Notes: generated by a model not told the origin, from the letters alone. Positions 9,330 through 22,546 are shown, counted from the stretch's first letter. The stretch: DNA of 64,000 bases from an uncultured Actinomycetota bacterium (GCA_964423265.1 CAYREF010000003.1:1912-65911), one strand, 5' to 3'. Made by a program: numbers and translations.

Positions 9330-9947
9330 ATGGCTATAAAAGTAGGAGTGCTGGCGCTCCAGGGAGCCTTCAGGGAGCATATAAGGGCAATAAATAGCTG
9401 CGGGGCCCTTGGCTTTGAAGTTAAATTTCCAGAGCAGCTGGAAGAAGTCCGGGGGCTGATTATTCCTGGTGGAGAAAGCACTACTATTAATAAGCTTATA
9501 GCAAAATATGGATTCAGGAAGCCCCTGGATGAATTCTATAATAAGGGCAAGCCCATTTTTGGGACCTGTGCAGGAATGATAATGGTTGCAAGAAAAGTAA
9601 TAGGGGAAGATTTTGGGCTAGGCTATATTAATGTAATTGTAAACAGGAATGCTTATGGCAGGCAAATTGAAAGCTTCGAGGAACACATAGATTTAAAACT
9701 GGGTGCCAGTACAGGTCAAAAATTTAAAGCCATATTCATAAGAGCACCTAAGATATTGGAAATAGGGAATAATGTAAAAGTGTTGGGGAAAACAGAAAAT
9801 AAAATAGTGCTGGCTAGAGAAGGAAGTGTTATGGTTAGCGCTTTCCATCCTGAGTTAGGCAATGATCTCCGCATACATAAATATTTTTTAGGCATGGTTA
9901 ATAAATTTAAAGAAAAGAGGGTGAAAGAAAATGTCAGGGCATTCTAA
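9330..9947 (+). CDS. pdxT: Pyridoxal 5'-phosphate synthase glutaminase subunit PdxT
   Basis: Class I glutamine amidotransferase (GTCAGMIM... with the catalytic Cys in GTCAG) immediately downstream of pdxS. Confidence 0.9.
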   Translation: MAIKVGVLALQGAFREHIRAINSCGALGFEVKFPEQLEEVRGLIIPGGESTTINKLIAKYGFRKPLDEFYNKGKPIFGTCAGMIMVARKVIGEDFGLGYINVIVNRNAYGRQIESFEEHIDLKLGASTGQKFKAIFIRAPKILEIGNNVKVLGKTENKIVLAREGSVMVSAFHPELGNDLRIHKYFLGMVNKFKEKRVKENVRAF

Positions 9948-10686
9948 ATGGCATTCCATTAAACATAAAAAGGCTAAGGAAGATGCAAAAAGGGGCCAAA
10001 TATTCGGTAAGTTAAGTAGGATGATAACTGTTGCTGCCAGGGAAGGCGGTAGCGGTGACCCCAAGGATAATATAGCTTTAGCAAATGCTTTGGCTAAGGC
10101 CAAGGAATATAATATGCCTCAGGATAATATAGACAGGGCAATTAAAAGGGGGACTGGGGAGCTAGAAGGCGTTGATTATGAAAGTGCTGTTTATGAAGGA
10201 TACGGCCCCGGCGGCATTGCTATCCTAGTTGAAGTTATGACTGAAAATAAAAACCGTACCGCTTCTGATGTCAGAAATATTTTTAATAATAATAATGGAA
10301 GTCTGGGTGAAAGCGGAAGTGTGGGATGGCAGTTTGAAAGAAAAGGGATATTGATTGTAGAGAAAAATAATATTGAAGATGAAGAAGAGTTTATGCTTAA
10401 CGTTATTGATGCTGGAGCAGAAGATATTGATGAAGAAGAACAGAAATACGTGGTAAAGGCTGATCCTACTGATTTTATGAATGTAAAAAATTATATAGAA
10501 AAAAAGAAGATTGAGATTGAATCCAGTGGAGTAGAGATGATTCCTAAATCAACTTTGGAGCTGCCGAGGCAAGAGGCTATAAAAGCCCTAAAACTTATTA
10601 ATAAATTAGACGACCATGATGATGTCCAGAATGTAACCTCAAATTTAGATATACCTGATGAACTATTAAGTGAAATTGAATCATAA
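9931..10686 (+). CDS. YebC/PmpR family DNA-binding regulator
   Basis: MSGHSKWHSIKHKKAKEDAKRGQIFGKL is the canonical YebC N-terminus. Confidence 0.9.
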   Translation: MSGHSKWHSIKHKKAKEDAKRGQIFGKLSRMITVAAREGGSGDPKDNIALANALAKAKEYNMPQDNIDRAIKRGTGELEGVDYESAVYEGYGPGGIAILVEVMTENKNRTASDVRNIFNNNNGSLGESGSVGWQFERKGILIVEKNNIEDEEEFMLNVIDAGAEDIDEEEQKYVVKADPTDFMNVKNYIEKKKIEIESSGVEMIPKSTLELPRQEAIKALKLINKLDDHDDVQNVTSNLDIPDELLSEIES

Positions 10687-10701
10687 AAGGTTAAAAAAAG
10701 T

Positions 10702-11220
10702 ATGAGAATTATAGGCATTGATCCAGGCCTTGCAATTACTGGGGTTAGTGTATTGGAAGTAAAAAACAATAAATTTAGCCTCCTTTATTGTGACTGTATT
10801 GTAACCAGCAAAAACAATTCAATCCAAGACCGGTTAAATGAAATTTTTTCCTCCATTGATGGAGTTATAAAAAAATATTTGCCTGACTTTTTGGCAATAG
10901 AAGAAATCTTTTTTAGTATAAATGCCAAATCAGCCATTAAAGTGGGGCAGGCAAAAGGGGTATGTATCCTTGCCGGAAGCATGAATAATCTGGAGATATT
11001 CGAATATACTCCCTTACAGGTAAAGCAAGCTATTGTCGGTTATGGCAGGGCAACCAAGAAACAGATAAAGTACATGTTGCAGAGTATTTTGAACTTAGAT
11101 GAAGGTTACCTTCCAAAAAAAGATGATGCTTGGGATGCATTAGCCATATGTATCTGCCATGCCAACAATTACAAGTTTCAGCAAAAAATAAAGGATGCAG
11201 AACATGATAGCAAAAATTAG
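10702..11220 (+). CDS. ruvC: Holliday junction resolvase RuvC
   Basis: MRIIGIDPGLAITGVSVLEV, RNase H-like fold, catalytic acidic residues. Confidence 0.9.
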   Translation: MRIIGIDPGLAITGVSVLEVKNNKFSLLYCDCIVTSKNNSIQDRLNEIFSSIDGVIKKYLPDFLAIEEIFFSINAKSAIKVGQAKGVCILAGSMNNLEIFEYTPLQVKQAIVGYGRATKKQIKYMLQSILNLDEGYLPKKDDAWDALAICICHANNYKFQQKIKDAEHDSKN

Positions 11221-11791
11221 GGGAGAGATAATCGAGAAGCTACCTTCATATGCAGTTATTATGACTGCAGGGGTAGGGTTTAAAATATTGATTTCTTCAA
11301 GGACATTTGAAAGCCTTCCGGCAGTTGGAGATAAGGCAGAACTTGATATCTATACTTATGTAAGGGAAGATAATATCAGTCTGGTTGGTTTTTCTTCTTT
11401 AAAAGAAAAGAAAGTTTTTTTAAAATTACTGGATGTAAACGGGGTATCAATAAAAATTGCACTAAGCATATTTTCAATTTATTCTGTTGATGAAGTAAAA
11501 AATATTATAGCTGGCAGGGAAGCAGACTTGCTCCGGAGGGTGACTGGTATTGGCAAGAAGCTTGCGGAAAGAATTATTTTAGAATTAAGCGAGAAGTTTA
11601 GCAAGGAAACAGATGCCCTAGTAGGAAGTGGCATATTTAAAGACAGGAAACTCGTAGAGGTAAGGCAAGCTTTAAATTCTTTGGGGTACAGCAGCAGGGA
11701 GATAGATAAAGTGCTTGGCAGTATGGATTTAAAGGATATACAATCTAATAAAATAGAAGATATTTTAAAAATGGCATTAAAGGAGGTTTAA
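11195..11791 (+). CDS. ruvA: Holliday junction DNA helicase RuvA
   Basis: 198 aa with an OB fold, HhH motifs and a C-terminal domain; lies between ruvC and ruvB. Confidence 0.85.
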   Translation: MQNMIAKIRGEIIEKLPSYAVIMTAGVGFKILISSRTFESLPAVGDKAELDIYTYVREDNISLVGFSSLKEKKVFLKLLDVNGVSIKIALSIFSIYSVDEVKNIIAGREADLLRRVTGIGKKLAERIILELSEKFSKETDALVGSGIFKDRKLVEVRQALNSLGYSSREIDKVLGSMDLKDIQSNKIEDILKMALKEV

Positions 11792-11851
11792 AAGATTAAT
11801 AATAATTTTAACAAAGAAAGCGATGTAAGCCCAAGGCATGTAAAAGATGAT

Positions 11852-12823
11852 GTGGAACTAGATAAAAGTTTACGCCCCAGACTGACAGATGAGTTCATTG
11901 GACAGAAAAAGGTTAAGGACAACCTCCTTATTTTTATAAATTCTGCAAAAAAAAGAAAAAAGCCACTAGACCATGTAATACTTTCCGGGCCTCCCGGCCT
12001 GGGCAAGACTTGCCTGGCAGAAATTATTGCCAATGAGTTAGGAGTAAATTTCAGAGTAACATCAGGGCCTGCAATTGAAAGGCCTGGAGACCTGGCTGCC
12101 ATACTTACCAATTTGGAAAATTTTGACGTATTGTTCATAGATGAAATCCACCGGTTAAACAGGACTGTAGAAGAAATACTCTACCCGGCGATGGAAGATT
12201 TTAAGCTGGATATAATAATCGGTAAAGGACCTTCTGCCCGTTCTATAAGAATAGATGTAGCTCCCTTTACTATTATAGGGGCAACCACAAGAATAGGCCT
12301 GGTAGCATCCCCATTAAGGGACCGGTTTGGGGTAAACTTAAGACTTGATTATTATGAAGAGGAAAACATATTAAAAATTATTAAGAGGTCTGCCTCTATA
12401 CTCAGTTTAGATATAACAGATGGCGGCGCAAAAATTATTGCCAAAAGAAGTAGGGGAACCCCAAGAATTGCAAACCGGCTCTTAAGACGGGTACGGGATT
12501 ATGCACTGGTTTATGGTAAAGGTGAGATAACCAGGGATATTGCTGCGAAAGCACTTACCAAGCTGGAAATAGACAGGGCAGGCTTAGACTTTATTGATAA
12601 AAAGATATTAAAAACCCTTATAAACAAGTTCAGCGGCGGCCCTGTGGGGGTGAGCACCATTGCTGCTTCCATAGGGGAGGAAATTACTACCATTGAAGAT
12701 GTTTATGAGCCATATCTCCTGCAGCTTGGATTTATTAAAAGAACAGCCAAGGGCAGGGTGGCCACGAGATTGGCTTATAAGCATTTCGGCATTGAAAAAG
12801 ATGAAAACCCGGGCCTTTTTTAA
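11852..12823 (+). CDS. ruvB: Holliday junction ATP-dependent helicase RuvB
   Basis: Walker [14 protein letters not shown], Walker [14 protein letters not shown]+ fold. Confidence 0.95.
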   Translation: MELDKSLRPRLTDEFIGQKKVKDNLLIFINSAKKRKKPLDHVILSGPPGLGKTCLAEIIANELGVNFRVTSGPAIERPGDLAAILTNLENFDVLFIDEIHRLNRTVEEILYPAMEDFKLDIIIGKGPSARSIRIDVAPFTIIGATTRIGLVASPLRDRFGVNLRLDYYEEENILKIIKRSASILSLDITDGGAKIIAKRSRGTPRIANRLLRRVRDYALVYGKGEITRDIAAKALTKLEIDRAGLDFIDKKILKTLINKFSGGPVGVSTIAASIGEEITTIEDVYEPYLLQLGFIKRTAKGRVATRLAYKHFGIEKDENPGLF

Positions 12824-12828
12824 ATAAT

Positions 12829-14963
<2,135 letters not shown>

Positions 14964-15045
14964 AAAAACAACCTATATATTTGCAAATTTCTGAAAAATG
15001 TTAATAATAGTAATGTTTACTAAAATAATATAAATGACTTGAGAG

Positions 15046-15465
15046 GTGTATATGAGAATATCAAAAAGATTTGTTGCCATATTGCTAATATCAATTTTTA
15101 TTATAGCAATAGGGACTATTAGCATCGGATGTTACCCCATGCAACCTACTGGCGAAGAAGGCGCAGCTGAAACCACGGGAGCAGAAGAAGAACCAGGCTT
15201 ACTGGCAAAATACGGTACCTGGATTTGGCTGGCAGTGCTCGTAGTTGCATTTTATTTCTTGCTGATAAGGCCACAGAGGCAAAGAAGCAAAAAATCACAG
15301 GAACTAAAAAGTAGCCTTAAAAGGGGAGACGAAGTAGTTACCGTTGGCGGATTTTATGGCAGGATAAAGGATGTCAGGGAAGATTCTATTATCATCACCC
15401 TATCCAGTGGAGTTGATGTAAAAGTAACCAAAGAAGCGGTATCTAAGAAGGTAAGCTCCACATAA
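15046..15465 (+). CDS. yajC: Preprotein translocase subunit YajC with an N-terminal signal-anchor/lipobox-like extension
   Basis: YajC core is WIWLAVLVVAFYFLLIRPQRQRSKK...GDEVVTVGGFYGRIKDV. The N-terminal ~50 aa (AILLISIFIIAIGTISIGC) is extra. There is a good RBS (GAGAGGTG) before the ATG. Confidence 0.75.
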   Translation: MYMRISKRFVAILLISIFIIAIGTISIGCYPMQPTGEEGAAETTGAEEEPGLLAKYGTWIWLAVLVVAFYFLLIRPQRQRSKKSQELKSSLKRGDEVVTVGGFYGRIKDVREDSIIITLSSGVDVKVTKEAVSKKVSST

Positions 15466-15467
15466 TT

Positions 15468-16994
15468 ATGCGAAACAAGAAGCTTCATATTACTATTCTA
15501 ATAATCCTTGCGGCAATAATTGGGACATGCATTTATTATGCATATCCTTTTGCTTCTTCCATAGAGCTGGGCTTGGACCTAAAGGGTGGAACCCAGATAA
15601 TACTAAAGCCTACTGATGTGGAAGAAGGCGGGGTCACCCAGGAATCCCTGGATAAAGCTATGCTTATAATAAGGGGGAGGATTGACAAGCTAGGTATATC
15701 CGAACCCTTGGTTACCAGGGATTATTCGGACAATATTGTAGTGCAACTTCCTGGGGTTAAGGATCCTGATAGGGCACTGGAAGTTATTGGCAAGACTGCC
15801 CAGTTAGAGTTCAGGATACTGAAAGGAGTATTTGTCTCAAGTGAAGGGCCGGTAACTTTCAATACTGATACCGGTAATTTTTCTACAGACCCCCAGGAGA
15901 CCGAAATTCATTTATATAATATGAGGTCTGGGACAGTGGAGGGCAAGGTTTTATCCCAGGACGGGGATTTGCTTTTAGCAGAGCCGGAAACAGAAGAGGT
16001 AATTGGAAAGTTTATGCCCAAGACTGCAAATGGAAAGTCTTTCTTAATAGACCCACAGACCCAGGAAACTGTGGGTGAGATATTGGTAGATTCTGGTACT
16101 GGGGAAACATCCCTTTTGGGGCCAGTACTCCTGACAGGAGATAAATTAGCAAATGCCCAGGCTGGCTATAATCCTAATGGCCAGATAGTAGTGAATATGA
16201 GCTTCAAGCCTGAAGGACAGGAAATTTTTTCAGAAATAACTAGAAATAATGTTGGTAAACAACTGGCAATAGTTTTAGATGATGAAATAAAATCAGCACC
16301 TGTTATTACTAAGGCTATTGAAGGTGATGCAGTAATAGAAGGAATAAACAGCTTGGAAGAAGCCAAGAATATTGCACTGGTGCTTCAAACAGGGGCGTTA
16401 CCGGTTAATTTACAAATAGAAGAAAACAGGACGGTTGGGCCTACTTTGGGCAGAGATGCCTTAACCAAGGGATTATATGCAGGGGTAATCGGATTTATTT
16501 TAATAATTGTGTTTATGGTTTCCTATTACCGGGGGTTGGGCCTTATATCTATTATTAACCTGCTTATTTATATAATCCTTTTCTGGGGTATCCTGGCTGG
16601 AATTGGAGCAGCATTAACCCTTCCGGGAATTGCAGGAATTATACTTACCATTGGCATGGCAGTTGATGCCAATGTAATCATTTTTGAGAGGATAAAAGAA
16701 GAAATAAAGAAGGGCAAATCCGCGAGGATGTCCATAAACGGAGGTTTCAGGCATGGTCTTAGAACAATTGTTGATGCAAATGTAACCACCCTTATAACGG
16801 CTGCTGCCCTATATAGGTTTGGCACAGGGCCAATCAGGGGCTTTGCGGTTACTTTAAGCCTGGGAGTAATTATCAGCATGTTGACCAGCTTGGTATTCAG
16901 CAGGTCAATTCTTTACCTTCTAGCAGGGTTTAAAAAAGTTGCCACTCCACAATTTTTAGGGATTTGGCTTAAAAAGAGGAGGAGTAGCTCTTGA
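15468..16994 (+). CDS. secD: Protein translocase subunit SecD
   Basis: 508 aa with a periplasmic domain followed by 6 C-terminal TM helices, adjacent to secF. Confidence 0.9.
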   Translation: MRNKKLHITILIILAAIIGTCIYYAYPFASSIELGLDLKGGTQIILKPTDVEEGGVTQESLDKAMLIIRGRIDKLGISEPLVTRDYSDNIVVQLPGVKDPDRALEVIGKTAQLEFRILKGVFVSSEGPVTFNTDTGNFSTDPQETEIHLYNMRSGTVEGKVLSQDGDLLLAEPETEEVIGKFMPKTANGKSFLIDPQTQETVGEILVDSGTGETSLLGPVLLTGDKLANAQAGYNPNGQIVVNMSFKPEGQEIFSEITRNNVGKQLAIVLDDEIKSAPVITKAIEGDAVIEGINSLEEAKNIALVLQTGALPVNLQIEENRTVGPTLGRDALTKGLYAGVIGFILIIVFMVSYYRGLGLISIINLLIYIILFWGILAGIGAALTLPGIAGIILTIGMAVDANVIIFERIKEEIKKGKSARMSINGGFRHGLRTIVDANVTTLITAAALYRFGTGPIRGFAVTLSLGVIISMLTSLVFSRSILYLLAGFKKVATPQFLGIWLKKRRSSS

Positions 16995-17875
16995 TATCGA
17001 GGGAAACCAACATAAATTTTATAGGAAAAAGGAAAATATGGTTTATAGTCTCTGCAATAGTTATTGCTATTGGGATTATAGGGTTTATTGCCCAGGGAGG
17101 TTTTAACCTGGGAATAGATTTTCTTGGCGGCTCACTAATGGAAGTAGAATTTGAAAGGGATGTGGAAGTCGACGAGGTAAGGCAGGTAATGGAAGATATT
17201 GGCTTTGAGGGAGCTATTCTGCAGCGTACTGAATCAGACCGCTTTATTATAAGGACTATCACCAGGGATACTGAAACCAAAAATGAGATACTAGAAGCTT
17301 TAGATAGAGAGATTGGAGTAGATGGCCCGCCTTTGCAAGACAGAAATGTTTTACCGGGATTTGGGAAATTAATCACCCGTTACGCCCTGATAGCTATAGG
17401 AGTGAGCATTTTAGGGATTATGCTCTATGTCTGGATAAGGTTTGAGTTCAGGTTCGGAGCTACTGCCATTGTAACCCTGGCCCATGATGTATTAGTTACT
17501 CTTGGGGTTTATGCAATTCTGCACCGGGAAATCAATACTTCAACCATTGCGGCTATACTTACTATTATAGGTTATTCTTTAAATGACACTATTGTTGTTT
17601 TTGACCGTATAAGGGAAAACACTCCCCAGGCCAACAAAAACGGGTATGCAAATGTGGTAAATAATTCTGTTAATAAAACTCTTTCCAGATCCATAAACAC
17701 TTCTGTTACCACCCTTTTCCCTGTCATTATCTTACTAGTTATTGGCAGCACTGCGCTGCAGGATTTTGCCCTTGCTTTAACTGTAGGAATAATTTCTGGA
17801 ACTTATTCATCAATATTTTTTGCCAGCCCAATCCTGGTAACATGGAATAACAGATTTCCAAGGTATAAAAAATAA
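16991..17875 (+). CDS. secF: Protein translocase subunit SecF
   Basis: 294 aa with the SecD/SecF TM architecture; its start overlaps the secD stop. Confidence 0.9.
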   Translation: MISRETNINFIGKRKIWFIVSAIVIAIGIIGFIAQGGFNLGIDFLGGSLMEVEFERDVEVDEVRQVMEDIGFEGAILQRTESDRFIIRTITRDTETKNEILEALDREIGVDGPPLQDRNVLPGFGKLITRYALIAIGVSILGIMLYVWIRFEFRFGATAIVTLAHDVLVTLGVYAILHREINTSTIAAILTIIGYSLNDTIVVFDRIRENTPQANKNGYANVVNNSVNKTLSRSINTSVTTLFPVIILLVIGSTALQDFALALTVGIISGTYSSIFFASPILVTWNNRFPRYKK

Positions 17876-17877
17876 TT

Positions 17878-19599
17878 ATGGAAAGCATTTTCCATAGGTG
17901 GAGACCAAGGAATAAAAAGAAACAAGAAAAAGCTTTTAATTTAAGTTATAGTCCAGTCCTGGCACAAATTCTGGCAAACCGGGGGATGGTAAAAGAAGAG
18001 GACATCAATTTGTTCTTAAAGCCATCTATTAAGCATTTACATGAACCCTTTCTTTTACCTAATATAGAGCCTGCAGTTGAGCGGCTTATAAGAGCAGTAA
18101 AAGACAGGGAAAAAATCCTCATATTTGGAGACTATGATGCAGATGGGGTAATAAGTGCGGCTATATTATATAATTTTTTAGATAAGCTGGATGCAGGGCC
18201 CCAAGTGTATATCCCCAGCAGGTTTGATGAAGGTTATGATATAAACCTGGATTTTTTAAAAAAAGTAAAAGATTCTTATGGTTTAGTTATATGTGTGGAC
18301 TGTGGTACCAATAGCCTTAAGGTGCAGCAGCATGTTTTAGCTGGCAGCGGACCTGATTTTATTGTCTGTGACCATCATGAACCTGTAAAAAGCCTGGAAG
18401 AAGATAATAATCCCCGGTATATAATTATAAATCCCAAGCTTAGGTCATCGGGGTATCCCTTCAAACATTTAAGCGGGGGAGGGGTTACTTTTAAATTCAT
18501 AATTGCAACGCTTAGAAAGATAAGCGAAGTTAAAAAGGTTAAGTTCCATAAAAGCTACTTGAACGAATTGCTGGATATGGTTGCTGTATCCACTATTGCA
18601 GATGTTATGCCAATTTTAGATGAAAACAGAGTTATAGTAAAAAAGGGGTTAGAACTTATGGGAAAGACCTCAAATAAAGGCTTGCGGGGCATAATAGAGA
18701 ATGTATTGGAGGGAAAGGATGAGATTAGCGCCTATGATGTTGCCTTTATAATAGCTCCCCGGCTTAATGCTGCTGGGAGGATAGAAAGAGCTTATAGCAG
18801 CATTGAATTGTTAAAAAACGGTTGCATGGATATTGATAAAAAAGTTTGCAAGCTTAATGGGTTTAACCAAAGAAGGAAAAAAATCCAGGATAAAATTTTT
18901 AAAGAGATAACAAGCAGCGGGAACTTAGAAAATATTGTGAAAAATGAGAGAATTTATGTAGGAAAGTCGGAAGAATGGAACGAGGGGGTACTAGGCATAG
19001 TAGCTTCAGACATTGTAAAGAAATATAATATTCCAGCCATATTGTTTAAAGAGAAAGGAGGACAGCTAAAAGGCTCGGGAAGGAGCATTCCCGGCTTTAA
19101 TTTGCATGAAAGCCTTTCTTTGATAGATAAATATTTTACTAAGTATGGTGGACATGAACTGGCATGTGGAATAACCATGGAAAAAAGCAAGTATGGGGAT
19201 TTTAAGCGTGAGATTACAAGTATTGCCAGTAATGGTATTAGTGGGGAAGATATTAAAAAGAAGCTGTACTATGACCTTGAGATAAATTTTTCACAGATAG
19301 ACCCAAAATTGGTAAAAGATTTGAAATTGCTGGAGCCTTGCGGAGTTGGAAACCCAAAACCGGCATTTATGACAAAAAACTGCACTATTAGGGATATCAG
19401 GTTATTGAAAGGCGGAAAGCATGTTAAGCTTAGCTTAGAAAATAGCGGAACCTGCTTACAGGCTATAATGTTTGGGGTTGGACAGCAGATAAAAGAAAAA
19501 ATAAGGAAGGGCAGTAAAATAAATATACTTTATTACGTCCAGGAGAATGAATGGATGGGAAATAAAAATATTCAGCTGGTGCTAGTTGACTTATTTTAG
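17878..19599 (+). CDS. recJ: Single-stranded-DNA-specific exonuclease RecJ
   Basis: DHH motifs (IFGDYDADGVISAAILY; CDHHEP) and a DHHA1 domain. Confidence 0.85.
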   Translation: MESIFHRWRPRNKKKQEKAFNLSYSPVLAQILANRGMVKEEDINLFLKPSIKHLHEPFLLPNIEPAVERLIRAVKDREKILIFGDYDADGVISAAILYNFLDKLDAGPQVYIPSRFDEGYDINLDFLKKVKDSYGLVICVDCGTNSLKVQQHVLAGSGPDFIVCDHHEPVKSLEEDNNPRYIIINPKLRSSGYPFKHLSGGGVTFKFIIATLRKISEVKKVKFHKSYLNELLDMVAVSTIADVMPILDENRVIVKKGLELMGKTSNKGLRGIIENVLEGKDEISAYDVAFIIAPRLNAAGRIERAYSSIELLKNGCMDIDKKVCKLNGFNQRRKKIQDKIFKEITSSGNLENIVKNERIYVGKSEEWNEGVLGIVASDIVKKYNIPAILFKEKGGQLKGSGRSIPGFNLHESLSLIDKYFTKYGGHELACGITMEKSKYGDFKREITSIASNGISGEDIKKKLYYDLEINFSQIDPKLVKDLKLLEPCGVGNPKPAFMTKNCTIRDIRLLKGGKHVKLSLENSGTCLQAIMFGVGQQIKEKIRKGSKINILYYVQENEWMGNKNIQLVLVDLF

Positions 19600-19652
19600 G
19601 TTATGGTGAAAATGTTTTATAATATAAGCCAATAAAAAATAATTTAGGGATT

Positions 19653-21896
19653 ATGGGCAAAATTAAGGAAAAAGAAGCAATAAGCGGCAGTCAGCAAACA
19701 AAAAAAGTGGATACTGATGCCATGTTTGAGCGGCTGGTGGATAAAGTTTCCTCATACAATCCGCAAGTGGATAAAAAATTAATGAGGGAAGCATATTCCA
19801 TTGCAAAGGAAAACCATAAAGACCAGCACAGGAAATCAGGAGAACCTTTTGTAGCCCATCCGCTGGAAGTGGCAACCATATTAGCTAATATTGAAATGGA
19901 CCAGGTTTCTATAGTATCTGCAATCTTGCATGACTTGGTAGAGGATACTGAATTCAGCGTTAAGACCATAAAAAAGAAATTTGGGAAAAAGATTGCCAAT
20001 ATAATAAACGGTGTAACCAAGCTGGACAAGATTATATTTCACAGCAAAGAAGAGAGACAGGTTGAAAATTTAAGAAAAATGATTATCGCTATGTCTGAGG
20101 ATGTGAGGATAATACTGGTCAAGCTGGCTGATAGGCTACATAATATGAGAACCCTGTCGTCCCTAAAGAAAGAAAAAAAGGAAAAAAAGTCTCTGGAGAC
20201 TATTGAAATTTATGCCCCTATTGCCCATAGACTGGGGATTTTTCAGATAAAATCAGAGTTGGAGGATTTAGCCTTTGAGCACCTATATCCCAAACAATAC
20301 AAGCTTATTAAGGAAATGACTAAAGAAAAAATGTCTGAAAGGAAATCATTAATAGATAAAGCCATAAAAACAGTTGACCGGAAATTGAAAGAGGTAGGGA
20401 TAACTTCTGAGATAAACGGAAGGAAGAAAAATTACTACAGCATTTATAATAAAATAACCAAGCAAAACAGAAAATTTGATGATATTTATGACTTGATGGC
20501 GATAAGAATAATTGTGAATGACGTAAAAACCTGTTATGGAGTTTTGGGCACCATACATTCTTTGTGGAAACCTGTACCGGGAAGGTTTAAGGATTATATT
20601 GCTAACCCTAAATTTAATATGTACCAGTCTCTCCATACTACTGTAATCGGAGATAAGGGAAAACCGGTAGAAATCCAGATCAGAACATTTGAGATGCATA
20701 AATTTGCTGAGTATGGTATCGCTGCCCATTACAAGTATAAGGAAGGGAATTTGGAACTGAGTGAATTTGATAAGAGAATTGCCTGGATTAGGCAGATACT
20801 TGACTGGCAAAGGGAGTTAAAAGATCCCGAAGACTATATGGAGTCATTAAAGCTGGACCTTTTTGAAGAGGAAGTATTTGTATTTACCCCCAAGGGAAAG
20901 GTTATTAATCTGCCAAGGGAATCAACCCCTATTGATTTTGCTTACCAGATACATACAGATATAGGCCATAATTGCATTGGGGCCAAGGTTAATGGCCAGA
21001 TGGTACCCATTGAAAGCATTCTTGATAATGGTGATATTGTAGAAATTATTGTTTCAAAGACACCTAAGGGACCTAGCAGGGACTGGCTTAATGTGGTTAA
21101 GACATCAAGTGCTAGGAATAAGATTAAACAGTGGTTTAACCGTGAAGAAAGACAGGAAGCCTATAATGCAGGCAGGGAAATACTGGCAAAAATTTTGCGT
21201 AGGAACAGCCTGTCTTTTAAAAGCGTACCTTCTGAGGTAATTGAAGATGTAGCCAAGGACATGAATTTTGAAAAGGTTAGTAAGCTTTTTAGTAATATAG
21301 GGTCCCATAAAATATCACCTCACCAGGTATATACCAAGATAGTAAAAAGACTAAACCAGGTGGAGCCGGAAAAAGAGATGACCGTTGAGGATATTCCTCA
21401 AAAAGAAGTTAGACAGAAAGAAAAGAAAGACAGGAGTAAAACCGGGATTAAGGTAAAAGGAATGGATGGCATGCTGGTAACAATTGCCAAGTGCTGTAAT
21501 CCGGTTCCGGGAGACAGAATTATAGGATATATTACCAGGGGCAAGGGAATATCTGTTCATAGGAAAGACTGCAACAATATTAAAAACCTGGATGTAATGA
21601 ACAAAAAAAGGTTCATAGAAGTTGAATGGGATACCAGGGCTCCACATAAGTTTAATGCAGAAATCCAGGTCGAAGCACTGGACAGGACAAAATTGCTTAG
21701 GGATATTACTAATGTAATAAGCGAGTATGACATAAATATTGTCTCTGCAAGTACTTTAAACCAGGATAAAGTAGGGCATGCCAAATTCAGGTTTTTAATA
21801 GAAATTAGTAATAAATATATAATAAAAGATATTATCAATAATTTAAAAAAGATAGATTCAATTTACGATGTGTTTAGAATATTACCTAGAAAGTAG
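19653..21896 (+). CDS. relA: Bifunctional (p)ppGpp synthetase/hydrolase RelA/SpoT family
   Basis: HD hydrolase domain (HRKSGEPFVAHPLEVA...HD), synthetase domain, TGS and ACT domains. Confidence 0.9.
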   Translation: MGKIKEKEAISGSQQTKKVDTDAMFERLVDKVSSYNPQVDKKLMREAYSIAKENHKDQHRKSGEPFVAHPLEVATILANIEMDQVSIVSAILHDLVEDTEFSVKTIKKKFGKKIANIINGVTKLDKIIFHSKEERQVENLRKMIIAMSEDVRIILVKLADRLHNMRTLSSLKKEKKEKKSLETIEIYAPIAHRLGIFQIKSELEDLAFEHLYPKQYKLIKEMTKEKMSERKSLIDKAIKTVDRKLKEVGITSEINGRKKNYYSIYNKITKQNRKFDDIYDLMAIRIIVNDVKTCYGVLGTIHSLWKPVPGRFKDYIANPKFNMYQSLHTTVIGDKGKPVEIQIRTFEMHKFAEYGIAAHYKYKEGNLELSEFDKRIAWIRQILDWQRELKDPEDYMESLKLDLFEEEVFVFTPKGKVINLPRESTPIDFAYQIHTDIGHNCIGAKVNGQMVPIESILDNGDIVEIIVSKTPKGPSRDWLNVVKTSSARNKIKQWFNREERQEAYNAGREILAKILRRNSLSFKSVPSEVIEDVAKDMNFEKVSKLFSNIGSHKISPHQVYTKIVKRLNQVEPEKEMTVEDIPQKEVRQKEKKDRSKTGIKVKGMDGMLVTIAKCCNPVPGDRIIGYITRGKGISVHRKDCNNIKNLDVMNKKRFIEVEWDTRAPHKFNAEIQVEALDRTKLLRDITNVISEYDINIVSASTLNQDKVGHAKFRFLIEISNKYIIKDIINNLKKIDSIYDVFRILPRK

Positions 21897-21898
21897 AC

Positions 21899-22528
21899 TT
21901 GAAAGTAAAGAAATTAATTTTAGGTTTTTTCAGTGTCAACTGCTATATTTTACAATTTAATAGCGATGAATGCATAATAATAGATCCCGGAGCCGATTAT
22001 GAAAGCATAAGGGATTATTTAGAATCCAATAAATTAAGCCCTTTATTTATATTAAATACTCATGGACATTATGACCACATAGGCGCTGTAAAAAATGTAA
22101 TAAAGGATTACAATATCCCTTTTTATATCCATGAAATAGAAGAAGATATAGTGCAAAAGCCTGATCACAACATGTCTTCTGCTTTCGGAGGTCAATCCCT
22201 TTCCCTGGATAATTACAGGCTAATAACGGAAGAAAATTTTAAAGAAGGAAAAAGATTAGGCTTAGAAGTTAAAAGAATGCCTGGCCATACTCCCGGAAGT
22301 ATAATAATAAGATATAAAAATTTGTTGTTTACCGGAGACCTATTATTTAAAAATGCTATAGGCCGGACCGATTTGCCCGGAGGTAGTGCAGAAGAAATTA
22401 AAGAATCTTTAATAAATTTAAGCAAAATGGATAAAAATTTGTTAATATATCCAGGACATGGCGGGGACACCAGTTTAGAATTTGAACTGGATAATAATTA
22501 TTATTTAAGTAAACGATTTTTAGGATAA
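21899..22528 (+). CDS. MBL-fold metallo-hydrolase
   Basis: HGHYDHIG metal-binding motif; TTG start 2 nt after the relA stop. Confidence 0.7.
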   Translation: MKVKKLILGFFSVNCYILQFNSDECIIIDPGADYESIRDYLESNKLSPLFILNTHGHYDHIGAVKNVIKDYNIPFYIHEIEEDIVQKPDHNMSSAFGGQSLSLDNYRLITEENFKEGKRLGLEVKRMPGHTPGSIIIRYKNLLFTGDLLFKNAIGRTDLPGGSAEEIKESLINLSKMDKNLLIYPGHGGDTSLEFELDNNYYLSKRFLG

Positions 22529-22546
22529 TAGGGCGTGTGATAAACA

